In this document: piece by piece, positions 1-12,291 of the stretch
Layout of the letters: each line of letters begins with the position of its first letter
Position numbering within the stretch: position 1 is the stretch's first letter
The notes under the pieces: generated by a model
The model's input: only the letters and a program-made list of their open reading frames with translations
Database searches by the model: none
What the model was told of the DNA's origin: nothing
Source of the DNA: Lobosporangium transversale
Lineage: Eukaryota
Direction: 5' to 3'
Assembly: GCF_002105155.1 (NCBI RefSeq)
Contig: NW_019028980.1
Coordinates: 310,001 to 374,000 of the forward strand
DNA: 64,000 bases
Translations under genes and position numbers: made by a program

Positions 1-1206
1 GGATGCATCTTATTTACCGCATGAAGACTACAGAACCAGAGCTCACGCCCAAATGTCGTTTCGAAAGTAACAGGTGCATGTGAAGGATCAATGGTAGCCT
101 GAAGTTTTACCGGACTAGATAAGTCTGTTGTCATCTTCAATGATGATGCTTCTTGTGGGTGTGACCGACACCGCTCGAGTGCATGTTGCAGCTTTTGAAG
201 TTCGCTGATAGCGACGTCGATATCTGTTTCCATAGGGATCTGTGTGTAAGGAAAAATAAAAAATAAAAAATAAAAAATAAATCCGAGTAGCAGTTGGTAT
301 TGGCCCCCATGGTTAGATGGCCATATAATCGAGTGCATAATAAGATCAATGCATGCTTTTTACCTCCCGAGACCGATGATCATAGTCCACAGACCATTCA
401 TGCTTATCAGAGCCCTAGATTAAAGAGAGAGGAATGACATCAATCAGCTGTTGTCTAGACTCGAGAACAACTGGTAGAAAGAGCATGAGCCTTCTCTTTC
501 TAGACCGGGCTGTAAGGAGATGGTACGTAAAAATGTACAAATTTACAAATTTGTTGTGGAGTAGAAGTCAAGTCGTGTGGTTGTGTTTCTGGAGGCGCGT
601 GACACCATTGATCCCCCCACACTTTAAAGAAGGCCCATGCACAGCACTACCGAGTAAACGAGTAAGCGTTTTGATGATACCCTCCTCCTCCTTGTATGTA
701 TCTTTAGACTGCGTCATCCACTCATCATGGCATTAATTTTAGAGCATAATGAGAAGCATTGCAATCCAACTTTATAATGTGCTTACCATGCATGGAGGAT
801 AAGAAGTGAGAAGAATACGGTAGTGATCATGGAGGTGTCGAACATGCTTTCCAATCGTGCCTTGACAGGCCAAGGCTGATGGTTTAGTATAAATCTCAGA
901 ACGTTTACAAGGCGTAATGGCCTTGATCGATGATTCTTTCTTGCTATTTACATCTGAGTGTTTGCCTTCGTCCTGCTCAGCCTCTTTTTCTGCAGCAACC
1001 GCATCCTTGATGGACAAAAGTAGATCTGCGCAGTCTTTTAAAGAGCGAGCTGCGACAGTGAATATGTGTTGAGAAGAGCTCTCATTATCATCATCGATTG
1101 TTCCCGTTGTACTTGTGGTTGATTTTGAAGAAGGGGAGGGAGGGTTCTTTGATAGGTTAGCACTGTTAGGCACAGTTGCAGCCAACATCTCTAGAGTGGT
1201 CACCAT
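1..1206 (-). CDS. DinB/YfiT-superfamily protein, multi-exon, 3' end beyond window
   Basis: Exons ~1206-787, ~414-364 and ~239-18 splice to give ...TIGKHVRHLHDHYRILL...VDYDHRSRE|IPMETDIDVAISEL...TTFGRELWFCSLHA. This matches the DinB pattern H-x2-H..H / YDxR / RELxF..H. GT-AG boundaries visible. Confidence 0.75.
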
Positions 1207-1392
1207 TTTTCTTGAATGTAGGGAAATGCAACAAAGTGAGATGGAATAAGGAATGAGATCTAATGAGCTGTAAATACGACAGTTGAAAGTATGAAGAAAA
1301 AAGACAAGAAGGATGGGATGGGATAAGATGGCGTCAAATCTGTGCAACCATCAGATTCTCATTCCACGTGAGATCTATTATGGTCCATTTTA

Positions 1393-3138
1393 TTAGGGAG
1401 CATGTTGAACACTTCTCTTATTGCTGTTGTTCTCACTGTTGATAATCTTCTGGAGCAATTGTCTTGCCTGCGCCACTTCAGGGACACTACCCATCATCTC
1501 CCGACGCACAATCCCATACTTCCATACAAGCTCGCGTGGATAACCCTGCATTGCAAGCATCTCTTCCAAGATATTCCTTGAGTTCAAGAAGCCTAGCTGT
1601 TGCTTCATACTCTGCAAAAGATTATCGAGCGCATTCCGATCTTCATCATCCTCCTTGCTCTTCTCCATACCCTTATCTATTGTCGCTTCACCTATCGCTT
1701 TGCCAAGCTTGGAGTACGGCGTAACTTCCTCCCATTCGGCCTCTGAATCATTTTCACCATCCACTTTCTCTTTTTCATGGCCATCTTCCTCCACATTTGC
1801 CTTTAATTCATTAGGAGCAGCTTTTGCGGTCTGCTGGTGTCCCCTTCGGTTTTTTTGATGCCAACCGGTAATCCACGCCAGAACTGGTGCTGATACTAAA
1901 TTCACGGAAATAAAGTCCCGTGGTAAGAGTGTTACATCGTATCCATCTAATGCGAGTTCTCCGCGAACATAGTGATCCAACTCTCGTTTTTTGATCTCCC
2001 GCAAGAGCTGGTTATATCGTGACGCATACATCCTGCCAAGCCTCTGGTCTGGAAAAGGATCCTCCAACGTCATAAGGTCTGTTGTTGTTGCTGTATAATT
2101 AGTAAGAACGCCAGAAGAGACCCATTTCCATGATACTCGAATGAAATTCACCGTGAAAAGAAGCTTTTTTGGTACAGAAGCTCCCTGTGAGATTGTATAC
2201 CGCATAATGAAGCCATTGTCTCCCACATGATGAACTCCCTCTGTCAATAAAAATTTGTACTGCTTCTTGGACGTGCGAATATCCGACTCAACAGTATGAA
2301 TCAATTGACGTGCTTCCTCAATCAGCTGTGTGGCTGACATACCCGGCATTGTCTGACTCGCCTGTGGCCCTGTTCCTGTCGTACCTAGGACCATCCGAGC
2401 AAACCTTGTCATGTAGTTTTCACTGCTACTCTGATTAGCAGCATCTCTTGGTAATCCTGCAGAAATAGTGCCTGGGCCTATAAGATTAGATGAGGGCGGC
2501 GATGACATACCAAATGAAGATGTTTGAGCATGGCGAATGGGTCTTATTTGAGATAAGGGCGTGACAGGGCCACTGCTCGTCAACTCATTCTGGATCTGTT
2601 GTTCTGTGCCCCGGATAAAGGATGCTGGAGCGATGCTGGAGCTCCGTGGCCTTTGTACTGAGCCAGGGCTCGGCCCCTCAGGAGCATCAGATGCTGTGGC
2701 TGTGGCTACTGCTCGTTCTTGTTGTTGCTGTTCCCATAGATTAAGATCAAGTCGTCCTAATGTGGAATCATTGTAAGGGCTAGGAGCCCTGGGGGTTACT
2801 GCTTCTCCCTGCGCGGATGGACTAAATCCAGAATGCTCAATCGCAGCAGGTGCAGATTGTACAAACTCCAAGTAATTATGTTGTGGATCATATCGGTCAA
2901 AGATGGCTGTGATAGGACTATGTTGGCGGTTGAGAGCGATGCGAATATAGCAGGCAGTAGGATCATGCTCGCTTCTGGGTGCAATCACGTTGCTAGGCGT
3001 CGCAAATGCCCTCCTGGCTGTCAATGAACCATCAACAAGGTCACGGAACTCCCTGGAGACAAGTCGCAGGTTGGCGAGCACATGAAGACTGCAATAAGAG
3101 CAGACCAATTGAAAGGTTTCAACTGGAAGAGAGTTCAT
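1393..3138 (-). CDS. F-box domain protein
   Basis: N-terminus MNSLPVETFQLVCSYCSLHVLANLRLVSREFRDLVD is an F-box motif; long single ORF. Confidence 0.8.
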   Translation of the reverse strand: MNSLPVETFQLVCSYCSLHVLANLRLVSREFRDLVDGSLTARRAFATPSNVIAPRSEHDPTACYIRIALNRQHSPITAIFDRYDPQHNYLEFVQSAPAAIEHSGFSPSAQGEAVTPRAPSPYNDSTLGRLDLNLWEQQQQERAVATATASDAPEGPSPGSVQRPRSSSIAPASFIRGTEQQIQNELTSSGPVTPLSQIRPIRHAQTSSFGMSSPPSSNLIGPGTISAGLPRDAANQSSSENYMTRFARMVLGTTGTGPQASQTMPGMSATQLIEEARQLIHTVESDIRTSKKQYKFLLTEGVHHVGDNGFIMRYTISQGASVPKKLLFTVNFIRVSWKWVSSGVLTNYTATTTDLMTLEDPFPDQRLGRMYASRYNQLLREIKKRELDHYVRGELALDGYDVTLLPRDFISVNLVSAPVLAWITGWHQKNRRGHQQTAKAAPNELKANVEEDGHEKEKVDGENDSEAEWEEVTPYSKLGKAIGEATIDKGMEKSKEDDEDRNALDNLLQSMKQQLGFLNSRNILEEMLAMQGYPRELVWKYGIVRREMMGSVPEVAQARQLLQKIINSENNSNKRSVQHAP

Positions 3139-5102
3139 CTGACGAAATGAAGTTAAGAATGAAAGAATAAAGTGGAAATGAAGAAAGGAATGAGAAACAA
3201 GGCAAGAAGATAGAAGAGCAAAATGAAAAGTAAGGAAGAAAAAAGTTGGGGTGTTTGGTCTCCATGGTGTCTTTGACCGCGCTGTGGCGCATTTGTGTAA
3301 GCGTGGCGGTGCATTGTTTTGACTACGTGGCACACAGGTTGGCAATGCGAGTGGGCTCTTTTCAATAAACATGAATCAGTGAAGTAGCTCTGTAGATTGT
3401 TCACATGAAATGGGCACGTTACTGGTGCTCAGTCCTCTGGTTGACTTAGACATGCCGAGCTCTTGCCGAATTGTTCCCGAATTCAATTGACCACTAGATA
3501 GACTAGGGGTATCTGTCATCTCAATAGCTATTCCCCTTTTCCCTACTTTACATTTTGACAGTAGCTCTTCGTCATGCTCGCAAGCATACGCTTGAATGTG
3601 AACGGGAAAGTCTGCTTCAAATGCACGGCTGTTTTCTGTGTATATATACCATATGTTACAAATGGATGCAGATGCAAAGTAAAAATACAGAAGAGTAGTA
3701 AAGATGATCATCTGCTGCGAAAGATAAAAACCACGGCTTTATACCAGCAGAGAAGAGACATCAACAAATATATTCACGGATAGTCGACTATAGCAATGGC
3801 AATGACAATAGGCCATTGACAACCACATCAAAGAATAGAAATGAAACAATACATTGACAGATGAGAGTGACCCCTTGAAGATCAACTCCGAACCACTTTG
3901 CCACATTGTCCTCCTGCTTTGTTCAGTACATGCTTTCGCCCTTTTCAACGCTCAATCTCGGTCTTCCTCTCTCTGGATTTCACCCTTTTTTATAATAGCC
4001 TGTCGGCTTTTTTTTTTTATTTCTATTTTCCGACATGATAGTTCCATGGTCCCACAATGAAGTAAATTATCTCTGTGGATGATGGCATTGGAAATATATT
4101 TAGATATATATATATAATAGAACACTCGATCTACTTGCTGTGCTAAAATTAAAAAGACAGGCTCCTGCTCAAAAAATATATCATTTTCAATTGACATTTG
4201 TATATATCCATGCATCGAATGCTCCATATCCGGATATCAAATAAAAAAAAGTATTAGTATATACCCAATTATTTCACTCCTATCCTTAGGCTGGTGTGTC
4301 TGTGTTGTATGAATGTGGGGGGAAGGATGGGCGCTTCTGTGCAATGAATGTTCATGTGCACATACGCATGCCCTTGCTTTGCCATGCATCCGTTTGGCCA
4401 TTTTTCTTTTTTCTTCTTTTCTTGATCGTCCTTTCCTTCTCTTATTTTAGTCCCTCTTCCTCCGCATTCCGGATCATCCCAACTCATTTTGTTGGCTTTT
4501 TGTTCAACCAACCTTTTCTGCTGTTAGTTCTTGTCATCCGCTTTGTCCTCCTACTCTCTCTTTCACTTTTCCCGTCAGCCTGCATCACTTTTCTTTTTCT
4601 TCTTGAACGACAACATTATCCTCATCATTATCGCATCACCACTATACTCTAGTCCTCTACACTACGACACATTCCTTCATCCTCTATCTCTTACGTCCTT
4701 TCTTTTTTATGTGCCTAATCAGTTATTGCAACGTCTCCGACTCCCTATAATACCTGTTTCCTGCTCTCTCTCTTTCTCTGATCCGCTATTCTCATTAAAT
4801 TCGACGACCTCTCAGTCAAAATTCTGAATCTATTCTCGTTTTGATGCTTTGACATTCTGACAAGTAAACCACCTCCTGCTTATACCCTTAGGATCGCCCT
4901 TATCGCTCGCATTGATCACTTACTATGACCACATTCGTTTATTGAAAACTACCAGTGCAAATTTTCTCTTTTTTACGACCAGCGTTTGAGCGACAATCTT
5001 CCTTCTTTTTCAGTTTCACTCAACCCTTCTCTCTCTCACCCTCCTTTATTTTATTTTATTTTTTTTTTTTTTGTTCAATTACATTTCACACCCATCGACA
5101 AG

Positions 5103-8100
5103 ATGTCTCATGAAGGAAGCATGGGAATGGCTGCCACAGATCAATTCTTAAGGTACACAGGACAAAAAAAAAAGGTTCAATTAGCTCTATTTTTGTGTCC
5201 CCATGTAATTGACAGGGTCCTTTCCACACCTTTCCTTTCTTGAAAACTGCTACAACACAATCACTTTTACATGTTACTTGTTGCAGCTCTTGACCATTTT
5301 TTTAAAAAAAATGACGAATGAGCATATTTGTATTAACATTTATATTCATTTATAATTCCTGTTGTAGCCATAAAACATTCATACAAGAGTAAGTATTCAG
5401 AGAGAGCTGTTAGACAGATTATAGGCATGAATGCTTTTTATAATAGTCGGAAGTGGTTTATTATTTGTTCTATCTTTTCCTTCCTATTTCCTCATTACGA
5501 AATCGCCAATGCAGGGTTCCATTCGTTACCGACAAAGCAGCAGGAGGGGGAAAAAAGAAAACGAGACAAACATATGCCTATGTTTATTTTTAATTCACGC
5601 TCATGATCATTTGATCACAATCACTGTTTCTTATGATAATGTGAAGGACATGGGAGATTATCAAAAGCATTCTAATGGAACAAAGAGTGAAAAAAAATAG
5701 TAATAGAAGGTTGGACAACTTTTTTTTTTTTTTTTTTTTTTTTTTGGAACACAGATACGCGTAAATGACGCGGTTAATTTCTTGATTGACGCGTACTATT
5801 TTCATTTAAATGTAAAATGTTGCGCGCCTTGTACGCGATATTCCCTAGACTTCTATCATGTTGTCGATGTTGTCTTTACCTCAGTTAGAATTGAATCTCA
5901 ATTTTCATTTTCATACAGATTCCGAAGAAGCATAGAAAATCCTCTAAAGCGACATTTTTGTTTGTTATTTTTCATCCCTGTCTAGTTTTCGTCTTGGTAG
6001 ACTGAATAAGCTGTTCCAGACCACAACGCTGCTTTTTATTGCAGCGATCATCGTGCTTCAGCAACGTTACTTTAAAACTGAAAATACTATCAATGGTAAA
6101 AAAAAAAAAGCTACCTAACATTGGTTGTACAAAGTACGTCATTGGCATTGTTGTTACACACAAAAAACACGAGCCAATCTGTCTAACACCCTGTTTGTTT
6201 GTTTTTTTTATTACTCCGCTTTTTTTTTACCCAGGTGCAATACGAATCTCTTTGAAAGCACCTTCAGATGGAGTTTCTACGCCGCTATATTGTCGAAATA
6301 CCGCACAACCATGTGTGTATTGGGATGAAAATGATATTCTATACGAGTCAAACACGAATGCCGCATTGATCACAACTCACGCTAAAATCACCCAGTATAA
6401 CAGTAACCCTTTTTTTAGTCAGCATCCTAATCGATCCTTCCCTCATACAGCTATGACGATGACCACAACAGGGTTGATGCGGTCAGCCTGTGATGTCAAT
6501 GTGCCGACAGTTCCTGAATGTGTTCAGCACAAAGAAGCAACCTCGACACAGTTGCTTCCAGCTTCCATGGTAGCGGACATTGAAAGATTCACACTGGTGA
6601 TCGAACATTCCATCCATAGACAAACCATAGGAGCACAGATGCGATCATCAAACATGAAATCAGGTATTTTGCGCCACTTTCAAACTGGAGAGATTATAAA
6701 AACCTTCACAGGATCGAGTCATGAAAACAGCAATCGGGACAAAAATATTTTCAATCATCCATCTAGCTCTGTTGACATTATGACCATGGACGACCTCCTA
6801 AAGGCTTCTGGTATAGACTTGGACCAACCCTCCACCGCTCCTAATGCCTCTTCTGGAGAGGCTGTTCGGCAAATGGGTGTCGTTGTCATGGTGGTCATCC
6901 AATATTCCGCCAAAGGATGGAGTCCTCATCAGACCAGATATGAATATCTTCCGAAAGTGGTCTCTGATCAGGACTACAAGGTCGTCGAGACAATCCGAAA
7001 TTTCCGGAATGGCGAAAAAGTGGAGATCACTCGACAAGGGTAAATTATTGTTCCTTATTTCCTTGAGAACCTAATAATATCTAACTGCAATCGACGTTAG
7101 ACATCAATGATCCAATGGTTCTAAAAATACTTTCTACTTTGTAACTCTACATCCATTTTCAATTGAATATTTTTAGTGTCCGGATTGTAATTTCACAAGC
7201 TGGCCAGCTTGGGCAATCCTCATTTATGGTGCTCATGCTGCTCTTGGCAAACTTGATTGTGGCAGTAGTGCTGTTCAGGATGGCTAGCATGGTCATCGAG
7301 CTTACGATGACTCGCATCCGTCCTCAAAAGAATATGCAGAGTTGTACCAGGTTCGAAAATACAAAAATCATTCATTCAGAAACAAGAAAGCGTATTCATG
7401 CTTGTGCTGGTCATAGGCGCGGCTATTATACCCATATAAAATCAAACCCAACTGGCGTAGAAGGCATCCATGACGAACAAAAGACGAAAAAAAACACCAA
7501 AGGTAATGGTCGCGCAGCATCAGCACCAGCATCAGCAAGGAAGGAGCCTCGCATTGTTATGTCATCTCAAGCAAACCCTACTCTCAAAAAGATCAAGGAC
7601 ATTCCAGAAGTTCGTGCGAAATCATTGGATGTGCAAGTCAAACAAGTCAGCAGCACCCGATACGCTTCAGAGAACGACGAAAGCGAAACAGAGGATACTG
7701 TGCAAGTTTTGCGGGTCTCAGGGCGACGGCAGGCCAGTCAACTAGATGCGCTAGCAGGCGGTCGGCAACAGCCGTCTGAGGGACCCACCTCAACAATACC
7801 ACCGCATACTGCTCTCGGTTCAACTTTTAGTGATATCGAAAAGCCACCTGCAGGCATAGTAGCTCTTGACTGGAATAGGAACGGATCAAGCTCAGCATTG
7901 AGCAGTGATGCCACCCCAGGAGTTGCTATAGGCCTGAGTCGTTCTGGGTCCTTAAGAAATCGATGTGAAGGAGGAAGATCTACTTCTGAAGACACAGAGA
8001 CGGAGATTTGGTTTGGCACTCACCAACCGAACGACTTTAGGGGCTTCAACCCTGCAGGCTTAGAGCTCGACAGAACAGCATCTCTGCTCAACCAACAATC

Positions 8101-10122
8101 AATGACGCCTCATTGCGTACTTCAAAGGGTAGCAACCCCAGAGCTTCCATCAGCTTCAGTTTATGCACCACCTATAGCGAAGACTGGAGAAGATAAAGAG
8201 TTATCGACCGTTTGCCACTCACCCGCGGCTATGCAAGCAGCGTCCCCAAAGCCTGTATGTATTAGTCTGCGGAATGGAAAAGATACTGCTACAGGAAATA
8301 ATGATGGCCTATTCTCTCGAAACCATATTGTATCCACACAAAAAGCACCCCTTTTTGGGCCTCATGAGGCAGGGTATGGGACGCCACGCCAATTCGCAAG
8401 TCCATTGTCGTTGTTTTCGTCCTCGGCATCATCGCCGTCCTTGCCATCCTCATGCGAAGGCTCTGATCGGCAGTCAATAACCAATCATCATATGAATCAA
8501 AAACACCACGATATTTTTATGGCAAAGGCTAATGGCAGCAGCCGTCATGAAAAGAAGAAGCGCAGGAAAGGATCGTATACAGCCATAACCAGGCCAAGAT
8601 CAATCTCATTTCGCCACAACACATCTACGACGAAACCATTTTTTGGCTTGGGACCATCTGGCAATTTATCATCATTCTCGTTGGCTTCCACCTTGACCTC
8701 CCAAAGAGGAGTCGACATCAAAGGCAAGAAACCAGACCATTCTGGCTCCTCAGCAAGCGACGAGGATGTAACAGACTTTTTATCTGTCTTCCACATTAAT
8801 ATGAGGCCGTATGAATCATCATCTCCAGTCTACATGTACCAAAAGCTCGATCAAATGTTGAGTCCCAAAGAGTTATCATCATCGCCATCATTTGCCTCTT
8901 CATCGTCCGCATCATATAACAGGAAGACAGATACTTCTCCTTTAAGCCTCCATTCATTGCCATCGGTTTCATTTGGAAAGCAGCCACAGAGAACGGGCTT
9001 TTACCAAACAATGGAGTCTTCACTGTCGTCGCCAAGCCTGCTTTCGAGCCATAATGGAGTTCAATGCACTGAGTCCCCTGGCTTTCCTCGCCCCGACACT
9101 ATTGAATCCTGTGACAGTAGTGCACTTGAGCTTATTCCTTCAGTTCCCTCTCCGGCTCCTACTCCTATTGCTTCGATGTTCCCAGAGGAAACACTAGAGG
9201 AAGAGTACCCAGACTTTTGTTCCATGGCTGTCACTGATTTACCCCCAATGGTTTCTGATTGGCGATTCCCTAGTTTGGACAAGGTACCGACGCTTGTAGG
9301 CAACATTACAGGTGCAAGTGACGAAGTGACTGAAGCTCTGTCTGGTGCTCCTGCCGCTGGTGCTGAATCTACAGCTAATCCGTCCGTGGAAGTCAGTCCA
9401 AATCGAAGTGGAAGTGCGTCTGTTGCAACAAATGGGTTCCGTGCTTCTGTCGCTGTTGAAGGATCTAGTTCAACTACTCATCATGATACTGAACCGGAGC
9501 TCTTCTATGGATCACCGAGCAACTCATTCACAACGGTCGCATCACTTTCAACAAGTACGCTCAGGACTGCATCTACGGAGACTGTGTCATCTTCAATTTC
9601 CTCCGCATCGCACACTTATACTCTGGGGTTGCCCGTAGCCCGTATCTCATCGACCACGTCGCTGTCGAGGGCTAGTTCGGGTTGTGCTCAAGAATTTCAG
9701 CAAAGCTCAGGCTCGGTTCCTCAATCCATAGCAAGTGGGACTATTTCATCCTTTGTTAGTCACAGCGCTTTAGTTCGAGAGTATTCACAGAACAACAATA
9801 GCAACAGCAGCAACAACAGCAACAGCAGCGCAACAGACAATATCGTCCATACGACAATGATTAATGAGAACCCAATTCATCCTGCTACAACTCCAAGCAA
9901 AGTTTATTCTCCTCCACCACCATCGCTACCATCGCCGACTAACAATTTTTTCACTAGTCCCATTACCTCTAGTTGTACAACAACCCTGGCAGGGTCAGGT
10001 GTCCGTATGTTGAGCAAGACGATCACCATAGTCACAGCTGACAACCGCAAGCTAGTCTTGCGCAGGAGTGAACCTTTGATCCTGAACGAAGGCGTTGGCG
10101 AAGAGAAGGCAGCTCGCATGTG

Positions 10123-10123
<1 letters not shown>
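5103..10123 (+). CDS. P2X purinoceptor-like (ATP-gated) ion channel with very long Ser-rich C-terminal tail
   Basis: Predicted exons 5103-5152, 5368-5388, 5986-6095, 6235-7039, 7177-10123 are in phase. They give DFRLGRL-TM1-RYFK..GAIRISLKAP..YC..PCVYWD..ADIERFTLVIEHS..DLLKASGIDLD..GVVVMVVIQY..RQGVRIVISQAGQLG-TM2, resembling Dictyostelium/protist-type P2X. Confidence 0.8.
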
Positions 10124-10158
<35 letters not shown>

Positions 10159-10579
10159 TAAGCATAGAATGTGTCAGGCCATAGATAACTCATGACAATA
10201 CGTTTATTTATTCCTTTTCAAATATCCTATTGTATTTTACTTTGTTTGTAATGATAATAATGAATATAACAATAATATTAATAATAATAAAAATCCTCGG
10301 CGCATTTGCTTTTATAACGTGATGAAATAGTCTAGAAATATATCTTTTCGATCAGCTCCTAAAGTTTAGAACGGATCCATCATATCAAAACTTTAGGTCT
10401 GAGGATAATACTTTTATCCTTTGCACAAATGGCTCAGTTGCCTGGCGTAAGCTTGGTAGACAAAGTTCCTCTAGTTTAGGTCAATGCTCCATTACCCAAT
10501 CTCCTTGTTCTACGCTCAACACGCTTGAGGCCCCCGTAATCCACTCTTGATATAGAACCTATATTCAAACATCCACAAC

Positions 10580-11340
10580 CTATGCAGGGCCGTCAACCGA
10601 CTCCAATGCTTGGACCAGATCGATAATGGGCCTGTCGAAGTGGATTCCACTTTCCTCGGTATCTATAAGACTGCTATCGTTTGTTACAACATGGTTGCTG
10701 TCAAGGGTGTCTGTGGTAACATTGTCCTGACTACTCTTACGATCATAATTGCAACCGCGCCCAATAGATCGAATCAAATCCAATGTAAGGCTCACATCTC
10801 CGCTTGGCATCATTACTCCTCCCATCTGAAAGTGCTATAGATTCTGGAGCATACCGTCCTTAATCTTCTTCACCACCACCACTTGAATGGATCGTTCTGT
10901 TAATCAATATATCGAGAGATTCTCCAATAATGGGGATCGTTCAAATAGAGACAATTCAACCATATATCCATAGGCCGATCCTGACACCTTGAGGTCTAAA
11001 TGTCGATTCTTAGTTATTGAAATCGCTTTGATGGTCCTCTTGATGAGTTCAGGGGTTGGGCTAACGGATGAATTTGAGATAGTCTGAGCGATTCCTCAGA
11101 GATTGATGCTCATGGCCATCAAATAGGGCAACCTGCACCAATCTACAACCCAACTCGCAGCTATATTATCTATATAAGTTTCTCCTTGGATATCTACCTT
11201 CCGAAGGTTAGACAGTGACCCCAATATCGAAATCAGTTCATTCAACAAATCTTTGTCAATATCACAATTCCCACAATAGCACATGAAATCCTTCCTTTGT
11301 ACCGTTTTATCATCGATGAGAGGAATCCATGATTGAACAT
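10580..11340 (-). pseudogene. Degraded LRR/F-box-like gene relic
   Basis: LRR-like segments (LGSLSNLRKVDI; ERSPLLENLSIY*; MLQNL*HFQM) with in-frame stops at ~10904-10906 and ~10835-10837 and frame breaks. Confidence 0.45.
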
Positions 11341-12291
11341 TCTATTGTAGTAATATCTTTTTCGGAAAGGCTTCAGCCTACAGAAAACACACTCGTCAGA
11401 AAACATAGCCTTTCCCCAGCCTTCAACTGTCCAATGTATATACTAGGATTATAATACGAAAGTAATGGGAACGAAAAAAAAGATGTCTTTATTATGATCC
11501 AGGGATCTTCGTTAAATAAAAAGGCAAAAATCTTAAAAACCCATATAAAATGATTGCGAATCGCAATAAGCAGCAACAGCCGCCAGAGTAGTGGCCACCA
11601 TATAAGCGCAATGACTGCTGTGTTACGTACCGAGGCTTGGGAGTGCACCTCAGGGCACTTCCATTTTTATTCATAAGGTCGGAAGATTGTGTGACAGTCA
11701 TGGTGGGTCCTTAATAAAAGGTTCCCGCCTGGCAACAATAAAAAAAACAACTTTTGATCTCCTTGACTTGTTAGATGCAGAAAACATCTCACGCTGGACG
11801 AGTATGCCATCTGTCCTATTGCCGCCAGACTCAAGTTCTATAGGCTCTACGAGCGTTATGACTACTAAAAGGCTTTCCACAATGGATCTACAGAATATCG
11901 CGATTAGTGGATAATGAATGAAATGAAAATTGAATAGTTATGTTTATAATTAACTTTACGTATGTAACTATTAATGGTCAGCCACAACAGCCTTCCATCA
12001 CACAGTAGGCTGGTTACGAGCCTAATCACACAGTCTTTAAAGGCGCTTTCTCAGCAGTTCTCTTCGATGGTTGTGTTACACGGCATTCGTCTATTCAATT
12101 AATAGCCAACCATTTCCGAGAGGAAAAAAACAAAATAATGCATGTTTTCAAATAGGTGGCCATGCTCTGCACTGTCACATCTAGTAATTCTTTGTATATG
12201 TATGATAACTGTTATGCTGCTGTTTGTCTTACTCTAAGTGTTGTCTATTGTTATCAATTAATAAATGCAATATTGATGGTGTATTTCACGC

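Noticed and set aside
416..786. Box C-like ATGATGA and two hairpins in the DinB intron (possible snoRNA)
   Set aside because: No appropriately spaced D box or H/ACA boxes, and no recognisable rRNA guide.
10124..10155. Poly(A) run directly after the P2X-like stop codon, suggesting a retrocopy
   Set aside because: The gene has introns, and similar 20-30 nt A/T tracts occur throughout the window.
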